DNA of 64,000 nt from assembly GCA_019912395.1 (NCBI GenBank), contig JAIOIH010000010.1, forward strand, positions 18,760 through 82,759. The letters run 5' to 3'. Below are positions 40,610 through 50,600 of this stretch, in pieces. The position numbers and the translations under genes were made by a program. Numbering within the stretch: the first letter of the stretch is position 1; every line of letters starts with the position of its first letter. The notes beneath the pieces were generated by a model. The model was not told where the DNA came from. It did not search any database and was given only the letters and a program-made list of their open reading frames with translations. The DNA is from Flavobacteriales bacterium (GTDB taxonomy: Bacteria > Bacteroidota > Bacteroidia > Flavobacteriales_F > PHOS-HE28).

Positions 40610-40915
40610 ATGGAAGGCATCGAGGAGGCCATCATCAAGGTGTACATGCTGCAACGCGACTCCATGCGCGAACGCGCGGAGGCGATGCTGGAGCAGGCAC
40701 CGGACCGCGACATCCCACCCACCTGGGTGGTGCCGATGGACGTGCCCGCAGTGGACAGGCTCGTGGGGCGCTTGAAGCCCTACCTCTACTACGACCGGCA
40801 GCGGAAACGCTTCACGCACATCGTGCATGCCTTTGCGGTGGTCCCGAACGCTTCGGAGCCTGCCAACGCCTTCCCCGTGCATCGGGTGATCACCATACCC
40901 GAAGCGCTCGGGTGA
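40610..40915 (+). CDS. Hypothetical protein
   Basis: 101-aa ORF with genome-typical GC3 bias, co-oriented 12 nt after the lipoprotein gene. Confidence 0.55.
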   Translation: MEGIEEAIIKVYMLQRDSMRERAEAMLEQAPDRDIPPTWVVPMDVPAVDRLVGRLKPYLYYDRQRKRFTHIVHAFAVVPNASEPANAFPVHRVITIPEALG

Positions 40916-41108
40916 GCGGGGGCGTGGTGAGCACGGGCAGGTGCCCGAAGTGGGAACCTTGGTTTCGCCCATGGCAAAAAGCCCCGCTTTCCGGCGCGAC
41001 CCTACACTTGCACACAACGGATCACTGAAGAGGACCGGGTGGGTCCGAGACGTATCGAACTCACGCGACGGAAAACGGAAATGCCTGATCTCCCGAACGG
41101 TGTTGCGG

Positions 41109-42008
41109 TCAGCGGATATTCTCCAGCTTTCGCTGCAGGGCATCCACGGTGCGCTGCACCTCGTTCCGGGCGGCGGCCTTCGCGTCCTGCTCCTGCTGCA
41201 CGTCGGGCAGGTTGGAGCTGGTCTTGGACAGTTCCCTTTGGGCCTTGGCCTCGTTGGCCATCAACTTGGCCATCCGCGCTTCGTTCTTGGTGATCCCGGA
41301 CCGCGCCTTGGTGAGCTTCTTCAGGTCCTTGGGGTCCTGGCCCAGCATCCACTTCTCGTTGTAGAGGTCGATCTCCCTCTGCATGATGGCGCGCTCATTT
41401 TGCAGCTTGCTCCTTTCCTTGGCGTTCTTCTCCACTTGGCTTTGGGCCTTGTTCAGCTTCTTCCGGGCCTTGTCCCGGCTTTTGGCGGCGCTCTCGGCCT
41501 TGCCGTGGGCCTTGCCCAGCTTCTTGGTCCATGCGTCCACCTGTTGCTGCACCACGGCCTTGTTCAACTGCACGCCCAGGTCGCGCACGGCGGGTGATAG
41601 CGCGGGGTTGCCCACGGGGGTGGAAGTGCCGCTGTTGAGGAAGGCGAGCGAAAGGGTGCTCAGGCGCTGTTTCTTGTTCTGCGTCACTCGGGCGAGCACG
41701 TCCACCGGAGCGCTGCCGGCCGCCGCGAAGGTGACGCCCGTGGCCTTCATCAGCCGGCCTTGCTTCCTGAAGGAGGTACCGGGCAGCACGGTCTTCAGCA
41801 GAGCGCTCACCTGCTTTGCGCTTGCCTCATGCACGGGCACCGAGAAGGCGGGCACGTTGACGCTATCGTTCCGCAGCGAATCCGCGCCCACGGCGATCAC
41901 CTTGTCCCACACCAGCGTGGTACCGTCCTTCAGGGTGTTCTGGGCGGTGCTGCCCATGGCCAGCGCGAGGGCGAAGGGAAGGACCAAAAGGCTGCGGCGC
42001 GTATGCAT
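41109..42008 (-). CDS. Exported coiled-coil hypothetical protein
   Basis: Signal peptide ending A-Q, long K/E/A-rich helix; TACCTTTG promoter at 42032-42039. Confidence 0.75.
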   Translation of the reverse strand: MHTRRSLLVLPFALALAMGSTAQNTLKDGTTLVWDKVIAVGADSLRNDSVNVPAFSVPVHEASAKQVSALLKTVLPGTSFRKQGRLMKATGVTFAAAGSAPVDVLARVTQNKKQRLSTLSLAFLNSGTSTPVGNPALSPAVRDLGVQLNKAVVQQQVDAWTKKLGKAHGKAESAAKSRDKARKKLNKAQSQVEKNAKERSKLQNERAIMQREIDLYNEKWMLGQDPKDLKKLTKARSGITKNEARMAKLMANEAKAQRELSKTSSNLPDVQQEQDAKAAARNEVQRTVDALQRKLENIR

Positions 42009-42052
42009 GGGGGATGGGGGGTTGGGTAGCGCAAAGGTAGGCCCGGTAAAGG

Positions 42053-42446
42053 GTGTGTTTCATCCACCCCGACACTGGTACTGGAGCTACCCGAACGGAT
42101 ACCCCGGGCAGATCGCCGTCCTCCATTCCCGGAATTGGACCGAAGGCGACGATCGCGGGACCCGCGTGGCACGCTCCGGGTGAAGACCACTTCGTCACCG
42201 ATATGCATGGGGATCTCCGCAACCTATTCGATGTGGGTGATGTGAACCTCGTTGAGATCCAAGGTCTTTCCCGGCATTACCGAGACCGGGCGATGGCGGA
42301 TGGACGAGTCGCTCAATGTCAAGTACGACCTGCCCAAAAACCTCCATGGCCGCCTTGGCCTGCCGTCCAATTCTGACCACCGCCCGGTGGAAGGCGCGAC
42401 CGGGACGGACCATCCGTACCGGATCGCCCTTGGCCGGGAGCTTTAG
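42053..42446 (+). pseudogene. Frameshifted C-terminal remnant of a DUF481-like outer-membrane beta-barrel gene
   Basis: NLFDVGDVNL in one frame continues as VFPGITETGRWR..VKYDLP..RPVEGATGTD in another; no 5' part. Confidence 0.55.
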
Positions 42447-42452
42447 CAGCGA

Positions 42453-43733
42453 TCAGAACGAGATATCCCATTGCAAGCGCACACGGCTCCCTTCGGCGCG
42501 CGCGAGGTCCTGCTGCTCGAAGGTGATCAAGCTGTATTCCACGGAGAGCTTGTTCTTATGCCCGGCCGCGAAGAACCAGTTCACCACTGCCGTATACTCA
42601 GTCTGCAGATGGCCGGGCACACTGCTATCCGGCTGATGGAACGCATAGCGGGCGGCCAGTTCCAGGGCCTTGGGGATGCCGGGGAAGGACCCGTGCAGGA
42701 AATAGCCGGCCTGCACGTAGCTGCCCACGAGGTCCCGGGTGCCGCCGCCATGCCGATCGTCGATATGCTTCCAATGCGACTCGTGTTGCCAGCTGAAGCC
42801 CTTGTACTTGAAGGCTGTTTCCACCATGATCTGCTCCACGTCGTAGAGACTGGTATCCGTGTCGGGGAGTCCTTCCAAGGCACCGCCTCCGGCTTGCGAA
42901 AAGCGCGTGTACCGGCTGCGGTTGGTAGCACCGCCCACGGCGAGTAACGCTGCGGGCTTCGGGGTGCGTTCCTGATCACTGCCGTTCAACTTCACCACAC
43001 GGCCCAAGGGGTTCCATTGCAAGCGCGCCTCGTACATCAAGTGCCTATCATCATTGTCCCGCGCGCCACGGCCAGTGCCAGTGAGGGCGCTCAGCCAGTA
43101 GTTCACGTTCGCCATGCCGCTTCCGTCCAGGTGGCCGTACACTTCCACCCCTTGCTGGCGGTCCAGCGTGAAGGGCCGGTTGATCAATGAGCGCTCCACC
43201 ATCTGTTGCTCCCCGCTGGAGATCATGCGTTCGCGGTTGTATTGGGTCTTCCACTGGCCCACCTTCAGGGACAGGCCCTTGTAGCGTTCCACCATCACCC
43301 TGAGATCGAGCAGATTGCCTCGGCCCATCTCATACTCGAAGTAGTACTTGAGCCACGGCTCGTAGGCGTGCCCGCCGATCTTGAGCCGGGCGCGGTTCAC
43401 CTTGAATGCCGTGGTCCCTTGGTCGCTGAAGTCATCATACGTCAGCGGGTCCTGGTCGAAGGGAGTGGTGAAACGGAATTGCAGGCGCGCGGCCAGCTGC
43501 AGTTCGTACTTCCCATCAGGGGTGGCCAGGATGAAGCCCTTGGAGCTGTGCTGGTTCTCCGAGCGCGGCGGGATAGTGTCCGCATTCTCCACATCCTGGG
43601 CAGCACAGTGGGCGGCAACAAGCAGTGCGACCGGGAGGAGGGACCATTTCGCCGAGGAAAGCATAAAAGGCTTGAATGGAAAGTGCATGTGGTTGTCGTT
43701 CGCGGGATCGGTCCCCGTCCCTTGCTTTTGCAT
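42453..43733 (-). CDS. OprO/OprP-like phosphate-selective porin
   Basis: FKVNRARLKIGGH, VGQWK, RLQW..F C-terminal barrel signature; true start may be ATG 43688 or 43664. Confidence 0.85.
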   Translation of the reverse strand: MQKQGTGTDPANDNHMHFPFKPFMLSSAKWSLLPVALLVAAHCAAQDVENADTIPPRSENQHSSKGFILATPDGKYELQLAARLQFRFTTPFDQDPLTYDDFSDQGTTAFKVNRARLKIGGHAYEPWLKYYFEYEMGRGNLLDLRVMVERYKGLSLKVGQWKTQYNRERMISSGEQQMVERSLINRPFTLDRQQGVEVYGHLDGSGMANVNYWLSALTGTGRGARDNDDRHLMYEARLQWNPLGRVVKLNGSDQERTPKPAALLAVGGATNRSRYTRFSQAGGGALEGLPDTDTSLYDVEQIMVETAFKYKGFSWQHESHWKHIDDRHGGGTRDLVGSYVQAGYFLHGSFPGIPKALELAARYAFHQPDSSVPGHLQTEYTAVVNWFFAAGHKNKLSVEYSLITFEQQDLARAEGSRVRLQWDISF

Positions 43734-43736
43734 GGC

Positions 43737-44144
43737 CTAGAGGAACGTACTGGGCCCGATCCGTATGTTGGTGTTGCGCACGCCGCAATGCGGCTCGGTG
43801 ATCCCGTTTGGATAGCGGCCATCACTGCCCGGGAGGAGCAGTTTGATGGCTGCACCCGCGTGTGCCATCGCATTGCTTGGCTGCGCCTTGCCATCGCCGG
43901 GGATGCCCGCGGAGCTTCCATCCGCCAGCCACCGCTCAGTACGCTTGTAGCCCAGGTCCGGTCCGCCGGGTGGATGCTCGCCCTCAGTTGAGGTCCCGTC
44001 GGTATAGCTCTCCGGCTGCGGCTGATAAATGGTGATGGTGCGGCCATCATCGGTATTCAATACCTCGGGCCCTTGGTCCCGGGCCATGAGCGCGGCAGGC
44101 AGGGACAGTAGCGCAGGAATCAGGAGGGCTCGAAACCTGTTCAT
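43737..44144 (-). pseudogene. Truncated N-terminus of a large secreted protein
   Basis: Signal peptide then TITIYQPQPES motif, after which the sequence loses family character. Confidence 0.4.
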
Positions 44145-44344
44145 GGCGAAGGGATGGGGATGAGGCGGCAAAACTACGCGGAGGACATCGGCGCATTGGC
44201 CGCCGACCTCACATTCGTTCCACTTACCTGTGATCAGGACTGATCGCAACCGTACACCCCGTTTCGCCTTCACTCGTTTTCGTTTCCCTGTGCGAAATGG
44301 GGAAGAACACCTCGCCTGGGCGCCAGAGGCGGGTATTCCAACGG

Positions 44345-44384
44345 CACACCGGAAACATTTTTTCTTCAATTCGTTTCCAGTGTG
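44345..44384. promoter_or_regulatory. Probable TetR operator
   Basis: cacaccggaaac-N16-gtttccagtgtg (11/12 inverted), directly upstream of TACATTTG at 44396-44403. Confidence 0.65.
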
Positions 44385-44415
44385 TCGATATTGTCTACAT
44401 TTGCGCCCTCCAAAA

Positions 44416-45096
44416 ATGATGGACTCCGACAAAAGCAAGCCCATGGATGAGCGCGGTGATCGTTTGATCGCCGAGGCTGCCAAGGCCTTTTGGACCTACG
44501 GGATCAAGAGCATGACGATGGACGACCTGTCCACCCGGCTCGGCATCAGCAAGAAGACCCTCTACCAGCACGTGAAGGACAAGAACGACCTGGTGGACAA
44601 GGTGCTCACGCACATCTCGAAGGATTTCAAGTGCATGGTGGACGAGAGCTCGGGTCGCGACAAGAACGCGATCGACGAGCTGTTCAACATCACCACCACG
44701 GTGGCCGACCGGCTCAAGGACATCCACCCGTCCATCCACTTCGACCTGGAGAAATACCATCCGGCCGCTTTCCGCAAGATGCTGGACGACAAGCGGCGGG
44801 AGATCTACACCACCACCACCGGGAACCTGCAACGGGGTATTGATGAAGGCCTGTACCGCACGGACCTGAACATCCCGATGATCGCCACGATCTACATCGC
44901 CCGCTTCGACATGGTCTTCGATGGCGAGCTCTTCCCACCCGACCGTTTCCGCCCGGAGGAGCTGCACTGGGAACTGTTCCGCTATCACATCCGCGGCATC
45001 GCCAGCGCAAAGGGCCTGAAGTATCTGGAGAGGAAGGTCCGCAAGGAAATGAAGACCGCAACGCCGTCGCCCGGCAAAGCACCAAAGAATCCATGA
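44416..45096 (+). CDS. TetR/AcrR family regulator
   Basis: GIKSMTMDDLS..LGISKKTLYQH..DKNDL HTH. Confidence 0.93.
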   Translation: MMDSDKSKPMDERGDRLIAEAAKAFWTYGIKSMTMDDLSTRLGISKKTLYQHVKDKNDLVDKVLTHISKDFKCMVDESSGRDKNAIDELFNITTTVADRLKDIHPSIHFDLEKYHPAAFRKMLDDKRREIYTTTTGNLQRGIDEGLYRTDLNIPMIATIYIARFDMVFDGELFPPDRFRPEELHWELFRYHIRGIASAKGLKYLERKVRKEMKTATPSPGKAPKNP

Positions 45097-46415
45097 GGGA
45101 CCTATTGACATCGGCGCTTTTCATCCTGAGCACCGCACTGGCCGCGCAAGGCCCCGTGAGCCTTTCCCTGCAGCAGGCCGTGGACATGGCGGCCGAGCAG
45201 AGCTACATGGTACAAGGCAGCAAGCTGGAGGCGGAGAAGTCCTTGGCCAAGATCCGGGAGATCACCGCCATCGGACTGCCGCAGGTGAGCGCCACGGGCA
45301 GTTTGAGCAACTACTTGCAGGTGCCCACCCAGGTGATCCCGAACTTCTTCGGCAACGAGCCGAAGACCTTGGAGGTACAGTTCGGCATTCCGTGGAGCAT
45401 CAGCGGTGGCGTGCAGTTGAACCAATTGATCTTCGACGGCAGCTACCTCATCGGGTTGAAGGCCGTGCGCGAGCTGCAGAACCGAAGCGTGAAGGAGCTC
45501 GAACAGACCCGCTTGGAGGCGCGCGTGCAGGCCGCTAAGGCCTACTTGGGGGTATTGGCCGCGGAGGAAGGTGCCCGATTGCTCGGCGAGAGCCTTCCCC
45601 TGGTCCGGAAGTCGGCGAATGAGGCCGCCGCAATGACCGAGCAGGGCCTGATGGAAAGCACCGATGCGGACCGGCTCACCGTGCAGGTGGACGAAACGGA
45701 GAACCAAAGGCGCACCTTGCTGCAACAGGCCGCGGTGGCCCGCGCCTACCTCGCGCTGGTGCTGGGCCTGCCCACGGGCACCCCGATCCAGCTCACTGAT
45801 TCGCTGCAGCCGCTGCTGGACGTACCTACCGATGCCGACCTGGTCAATAGGCCCTTCGACCCTTCGCAACATGTGGACGAGGAAGTGGCCCGCACGTATG
45901 TGACGATGGGCGTGCTCAACGTCCGCAACAAGAAGGCTGCCTACCTGCCGCAACTATCGGGCTTCATCAACTATCAGGAGCAGTTCAGCTCCACCGAATT
46001 CGAGCCGGGCAACGGCTCCTTTTGGTTTCCCGCCAGCATGTGGGGCCTGCAACTGAACGTGCCCATATTCAGCAGTGGCATGCGCAAGAACCAAGTGAAG
46101 CAGGCCAGCATCGCCCTCGACCAGGCCCAAGTGCAATTGAAGGCCACCGAACAACGGTTGTTGACGGACCACCTGTCACAGCAGGCCATATTGATCTCTG
46201 CCCAAGAGAACTACCAGACCGGGAAACGCAGCTTGGCCCTGAGCAAGCGCATTTTCGAGCAGACCTCCGTGAAGTTCAGCGAAGGCATGGCCAGCAGCTT
46301 CGAACTGACGCAGGAGCACGGCAATTACCTCGCTGCCCAACAGACGTACATCCAACGCATCGTGGACCTGCTGAAGGCCCGCGTGGACATGCACAAAGCA
46401 TTGGACCTGTACTGA
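45093..46415 (+). CDS. TolC family outer-membrane efflux protein
   Basis: LSLQQAV, LPQ repeats, LNVPIFSS. Confidence 0.92.
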   Translation: MRDLLTSALFILSTALAAQGPVSLSLQQAVDMAAEQSYMVQGSKLEAEKSLAKIREITAIGLPQVSATGSLSNYLQVPTQVIPNFFGNEPKTLEVQFGIPWSISGGVQLNQLIFDGSYLIGLKAVRELQNRSVKELEQTRLEARVQAAKAYLGVLAAEEGARLLGESLPLVRKSANEAAAMTEQGLMESTDADRLTVQVDETENQRRTLLQQAAVARAYLALVLGLPTGTPIQLTDSLQPLLDVPTDADLVNRPFDPSQHVDEEVARTYVTMGVLNVRNKKAAYLPQLSGFINYQEQFSSTEFEPGNGSFWFPASMWGLQLNVPIFSSGMRKNQVKQASIALDQAQVQLKATEQRLLTDHLSQQAILISAQENYQTGKRSLALSKRIFEQTSVKFSEGMASSFELTQEHGNYLAAQQTYIQRIVDLLKARVDMHKALDLY

Positions 46416-46416
46416 C

Positions 46417-46451
46417 GTGATCGGTGAATGGAGAGGAATGATCGGTGATCT
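46417..46451. repeat. Five degenerate tandem 7-mers (GTGATCG/GTGAATG)
   Basis: gtgatcg gtgaatg gagagga atgatcg gtgatct. Confidence 0.55.
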
Positions 46452-46503
46452 GAGCAACGCATCCGTACCGTCGATCCATTGGGTCGACCAAGAAAACCCC
46501 CCG

Positions 46504-47655
46504 ATGAAAAGAACGATCTACTTGATCACGATGCTGGCCGTGCTGGCTTCCTGCGGCACCAAGCAGACCGGCGAATTGGCCGAAAAGCGCGCCGAGCGCG
46601 ACTCGCTCAAGGTCCTGTACACCGACCTGGGCAAGCAGATCAAGGAGGTGGAGGAGTGGCTGGCCCTCCATGACAGCACGGTGGAACGCAACCTGATGGT
46701 GGTGACCGCCACGCCGCTCTCCTTCGGCCCTTATGCCCACTACATCGACCTGCATGGCGTGGTGAAGGCCGATGAGTCCGCCGCGCTCTACGCCATGGGC
46801 GGCCGGGTGCGCAGCATCAAGGTGAAGGCCGGCGACCGTGTACACCAAGGCCAATTGCTGGTGGCCATGGACAACGACCTGGTGGAGAAGCAGATCGCCC
46901 AAGCCGAGACCGGTGCCGAACTGGCCCGCATCACCTTCGAGAAACAGGAGCGCCTGTGGGAGCAGCACATCGGCAGTGAGATGCAATACCTCCAGGCCAA
47001 GACCAACATGGAACAGGCCGAGGCGACCATTGCCGCATTGAATGAGCAACAACGGCTGTCCAACATCACCGCCCCGTTCACCGGGGTGGTGGATGAGGTG
47101 ATGGTGCGCGTGGGGGACATGGCCGCTCCCAGCCAACCGGTGGTGCGGGTCGTGAATTCCGCCGGAGCACAGATCGAAGCGGACGTGAGCGAGGTGTACC
47201 TGAAACAGGTAAAGGAGGGCGCACCGGTGAAGGTGGCCTTCCCGAGCATCGGGGAGAGCTTCACCGGGAAGATCGCACATGTGGGCAACTACATCGATCC
47301 GGCCAACCGCACCTTCAAGGTCGCGGTGCGTGCCCCCCAGGGCGAGACCTACATGCGGCCGAACCTGCTGAGCGACCTCAGCATCCAGGATGAACAGTCC
47401 GACAGTGCGATGGTGGTGCCGGCCAGTACCGTGCTGCAGGATGTGAACGGCAACAACTACATCTATGTCCTGGACAGCGTGCGCCCCGGCGAGGCCACCG
47501 CCCGCAAAGTGATGGTGGACCGCATCAGCCAGTACGGAACCAACATCCGCATAAAGCCCACGGTGGAGGGTACGCTCACCGGTGGTGAATCCCTCGTGGA
47601 TGCCGGAGCCAAGAATGTAAGCGACGGCCTCACGGTGCGTATCGCCAAGCCCTAA
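46504..47655 (+). CDS. RND efflux periplasmic adaptor (lipoprotein)
   Basis: LASC lipobox, GDRVHQGQLL, ITAPFTGVV, IDPANRTF. Confidence 0.93.
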   Translation: MKRTIYLITMLAVLASCGTKQTGELAEKRAERDSLKVLYTDLGKQIKEVEEWLALHDSTVERNLMVVTATPLSFGPYAHYIDLHGVVKADESAALYAMGGRVRSIKVKAGDRVHQGQLLVAMDNDLVEKQIAQAETGAELARITFEKQERLWEQHIGSEMQYLQAKTNMEQAEATIAALNEQQRLSNITAPFTGVVDEVMVRVGDMAAPSQPVVRVVNSAGAQIEADVSEVYLKQVKEGAPVKVAFPSIGESFTGKIAHVGNYIDPANRTFKVAVRAPQGETYMRPNLLSDLSIQDEQSDSAMVVPASTVLQDVNGNNYIYVLDSVRPGEATARKVMVDRISQYGTNIRIKPTVEGTLTGGESLVDAGAKNVSDGLTVRIAKP

Positions 47656-47660
47656 GCCCC

Positions 47661-50600
47661 ATGGCGCACAACGAAGACATCGAGAAGGACCTCCACGCGG
47701 GGGAGCGTCGATTCGCCATCACCACATGGGCGGTGAACAACCGCACCACGGTGATCGTGCTCACCCTGCTGATCTGCGTGCTGGGGATCTACTCCTACAT
47801 CGTGATGCCCAAGGTGAGCTTCCCCGAGGTGGTGACGCCCGAGGTGTTCGTGGGCACCCCCTACAACAGCAGCTCGGTGGTGGATATCGAGAAGCTGATC
47901 ACCAAGCCGATCGAGAAGGAGATCAACACCATCAGCGGGGTGGACGAGATCACCAGCACCAGCGTGCCCAATTACAGTTCCATCCACGTCAAGTTCTCCT
48001 ACAACATCACGCCCACCGAGGCCTTGCGCAAGGTGAAGGATGCGGTGGACAAGGCCCGGGGCGATGCCAACTTCCCCACGGACCTGCCTTCCGAGCCCAA
48101 CGTGTTCGAGATGAATTTCTCGGAGTTGATCCCCGTGATGAACATCAACCTCAGCGGGGATTACCCCATGGAGCAGCTCCATGAGTACGCCAAGCATCTG
48201 GAAGATCGCATCGAGGACCTGGAGGAGATCAACAAGGTGGAGATCCGTGGCGTGCCCGAGCGCGAGGTGAAGGTGAGCGTGGACCTGAACCAGCTCGAGG
48301 CGCTGCAATTGAATTTCGACGATATCGGCAACGCCCTGCGCAGCGAGAACCTCACCATGAGCGGCGGCGATGTGCTCATCGGCGACCAGCGCCGTTCGGT
48401 GCGCGTGGTCGGCGAGTTCAAGAACATGGCCCAGATCCGTGACATCGTGGTGAAGAACGAGGGCCAGCGCGAAGTGCGTCTGGGCGATATCGCAGCCGTC
48501 ACCTTCGACTTCAAGGAGCCCGAGAGCTTCGCCCGGGAATACGGGAAGAGCGTGGTGATGCTCGACGTGATGAAACGGGCCGGGGAGAACCTGCTCGATG
48601 CCAGTGACAAGATCAACGCCATCATCGCCGAGGACCACGGGACCGTGTTGCCGGCGGACCTCGTCATCACCCTCACCGGCGATCAGAGCGAGCAGACCCG
48701 CGTGAGCGTGGACGAGCTGATGAACCACATCGTGCTGGGCGTGATCCTGGTGGTGGGCGTGCTGATGCTCTTCCTTGGACTGCGCAACGCACTCTTCGTG
48801 GGCCTCGCGATCCCCATGAGCATGTTCATCTCCTTCACCCTGCTCAACCTCTTCGGCATCTCACTCAACATGATGGTGCTCTTCGCCCTGATCCTGGCCT
48901 TGGGCCGCTTGGTGGATGATGGGATCGTGATCGTGGAGAACATCCACCGGCACATGAGCAACGGCGAGCCGGCCATGCGAGCCACCCAGTTGGCGGTGGG
49001 CGAAGTGACCATGCCGATCATCGCCGCCACCACCGCCACGGTGATGGTGTTCGTGCCCCTGCTCTTCTGGCCGGGCATGATGGGCGAGTTCATGAGCCTG
49101 ATGCCCATCACCTTCATGATCGCCCTCGGTTCCTCCCTCTTCGTGGCCTTGGTGGTGAACCCCGCGTTGGCCTCGAAGTTCATGAAGGTGGAGTCCGATC
49201 ACATGCCGACCAGGAAGATGTGGCGCTTGGCCACGATCCTGGTGGTGGTGGGCGTGCTGGTGGCCACCGGGGGAGGGGTCGTCCAAAGCTCCACGCTCTT
49301 CAGCCTGGGAACCCTCTCGGTCTTCTTCGGCATCCTGGGCGTGGTCAACGAGAAGCTGCTCGTGCCCGCTTCCAACTGGTTCCAGAACAGCTGGCTCCCA
49401 CGCTTGGAGGGCAACTATGAGCGATTCCTCCGCTATGCGCTGAACAAGCATCACCCGCGCACCTTCCTCTTCGGCACCTTCGGCCTGATGATCCTGGTGT
49501 TCTTGATGCTGGCCTTGTTCCCGCCCAAGATCCTGTTCCTCCCCACCAACCAGCCGCAGTTCATCAACGCCTTCATCGAGGCCCCCATCGGCACGGACAT
49601 CGTGCATACCGACAGCATCACGCGCATCGTGGAGGCCCAGGTGATGAAGGTGATCGATGTGCCCGAATACAAGGAGGTGAAGGAGATAAAGGACGAAGAA
49701 GGCAACGTGATCGGTACGGACACGGTGAACTTCCTGGTGAAGTCCGTGATCAGCCAAGTGGGCGAGGGCACCAGCGACCCCGGCACCGGTGAAGTGGTGA
49801 TGGGCTCCACCCCGCACAAGGGCCGGATACAAGTGACCTTCGTGGCCTTCGCCGAACGCCACGGCGTGAACACCAACGATGTGTTGGCTGCGCTGCAGAA
49901 AGGCGTTACCGGTTATCCGGGCGTGGTGGTCACCGTGGCCAAGAATGCGGACGGCCCCCCGGTGGGCAAGCCCATCAACATCGAGATCAAGGGCAAGGAG
50001 ATCGAAGGCCTGCTCGATGAGGCGGAAAACGTAAAGGCCTTCATCGAGGCCCGCAACGTGCCGGGCGTGGAGGCGCTGCGCATCGATATCGACCGTGCCA
50101 AGCCCGAGATGCCCATCATCATCGACCGCGAGAAGGCCCGCCGCTTCAACGTGAGCACCTACGCCATCGCCGATGCCATCCGCACCGCGCTCTTCGGCAA
50201 GGAGGTGAGCACCTTCCGCATCGAGGGCGATGACGACGACTACGAGATCAACGTGCGCCTCAAGGACGACTACCGCTATGATCCGCAGCGCCTGTTGGAC
50301 ATGAAGATCACCTTCCGCGACATGTTGTCCGGGCAGATCCGCCAAGTGCCCATCAGCGCCGTGGCCAAGGCCGAGTACAGCACCACCTTCAGCGCCATCA
50401 AGCGCAAGGACATGGACCGCGTGGTAACGGTGAGCTCCAACGTGATCGCCGGGTACAACAACAACGAGGTGGTCCAACAGATCAAGGACGAGATGGCCAA
50501 CGGCTATAAGGTGGACGACCGCTTCAACCTGCGCTTCACCGGCGAGCAGGAGGACCAGGCCAAGGACATGAACTTCCTCTTCACCGCCTTCCTGGTGGCG

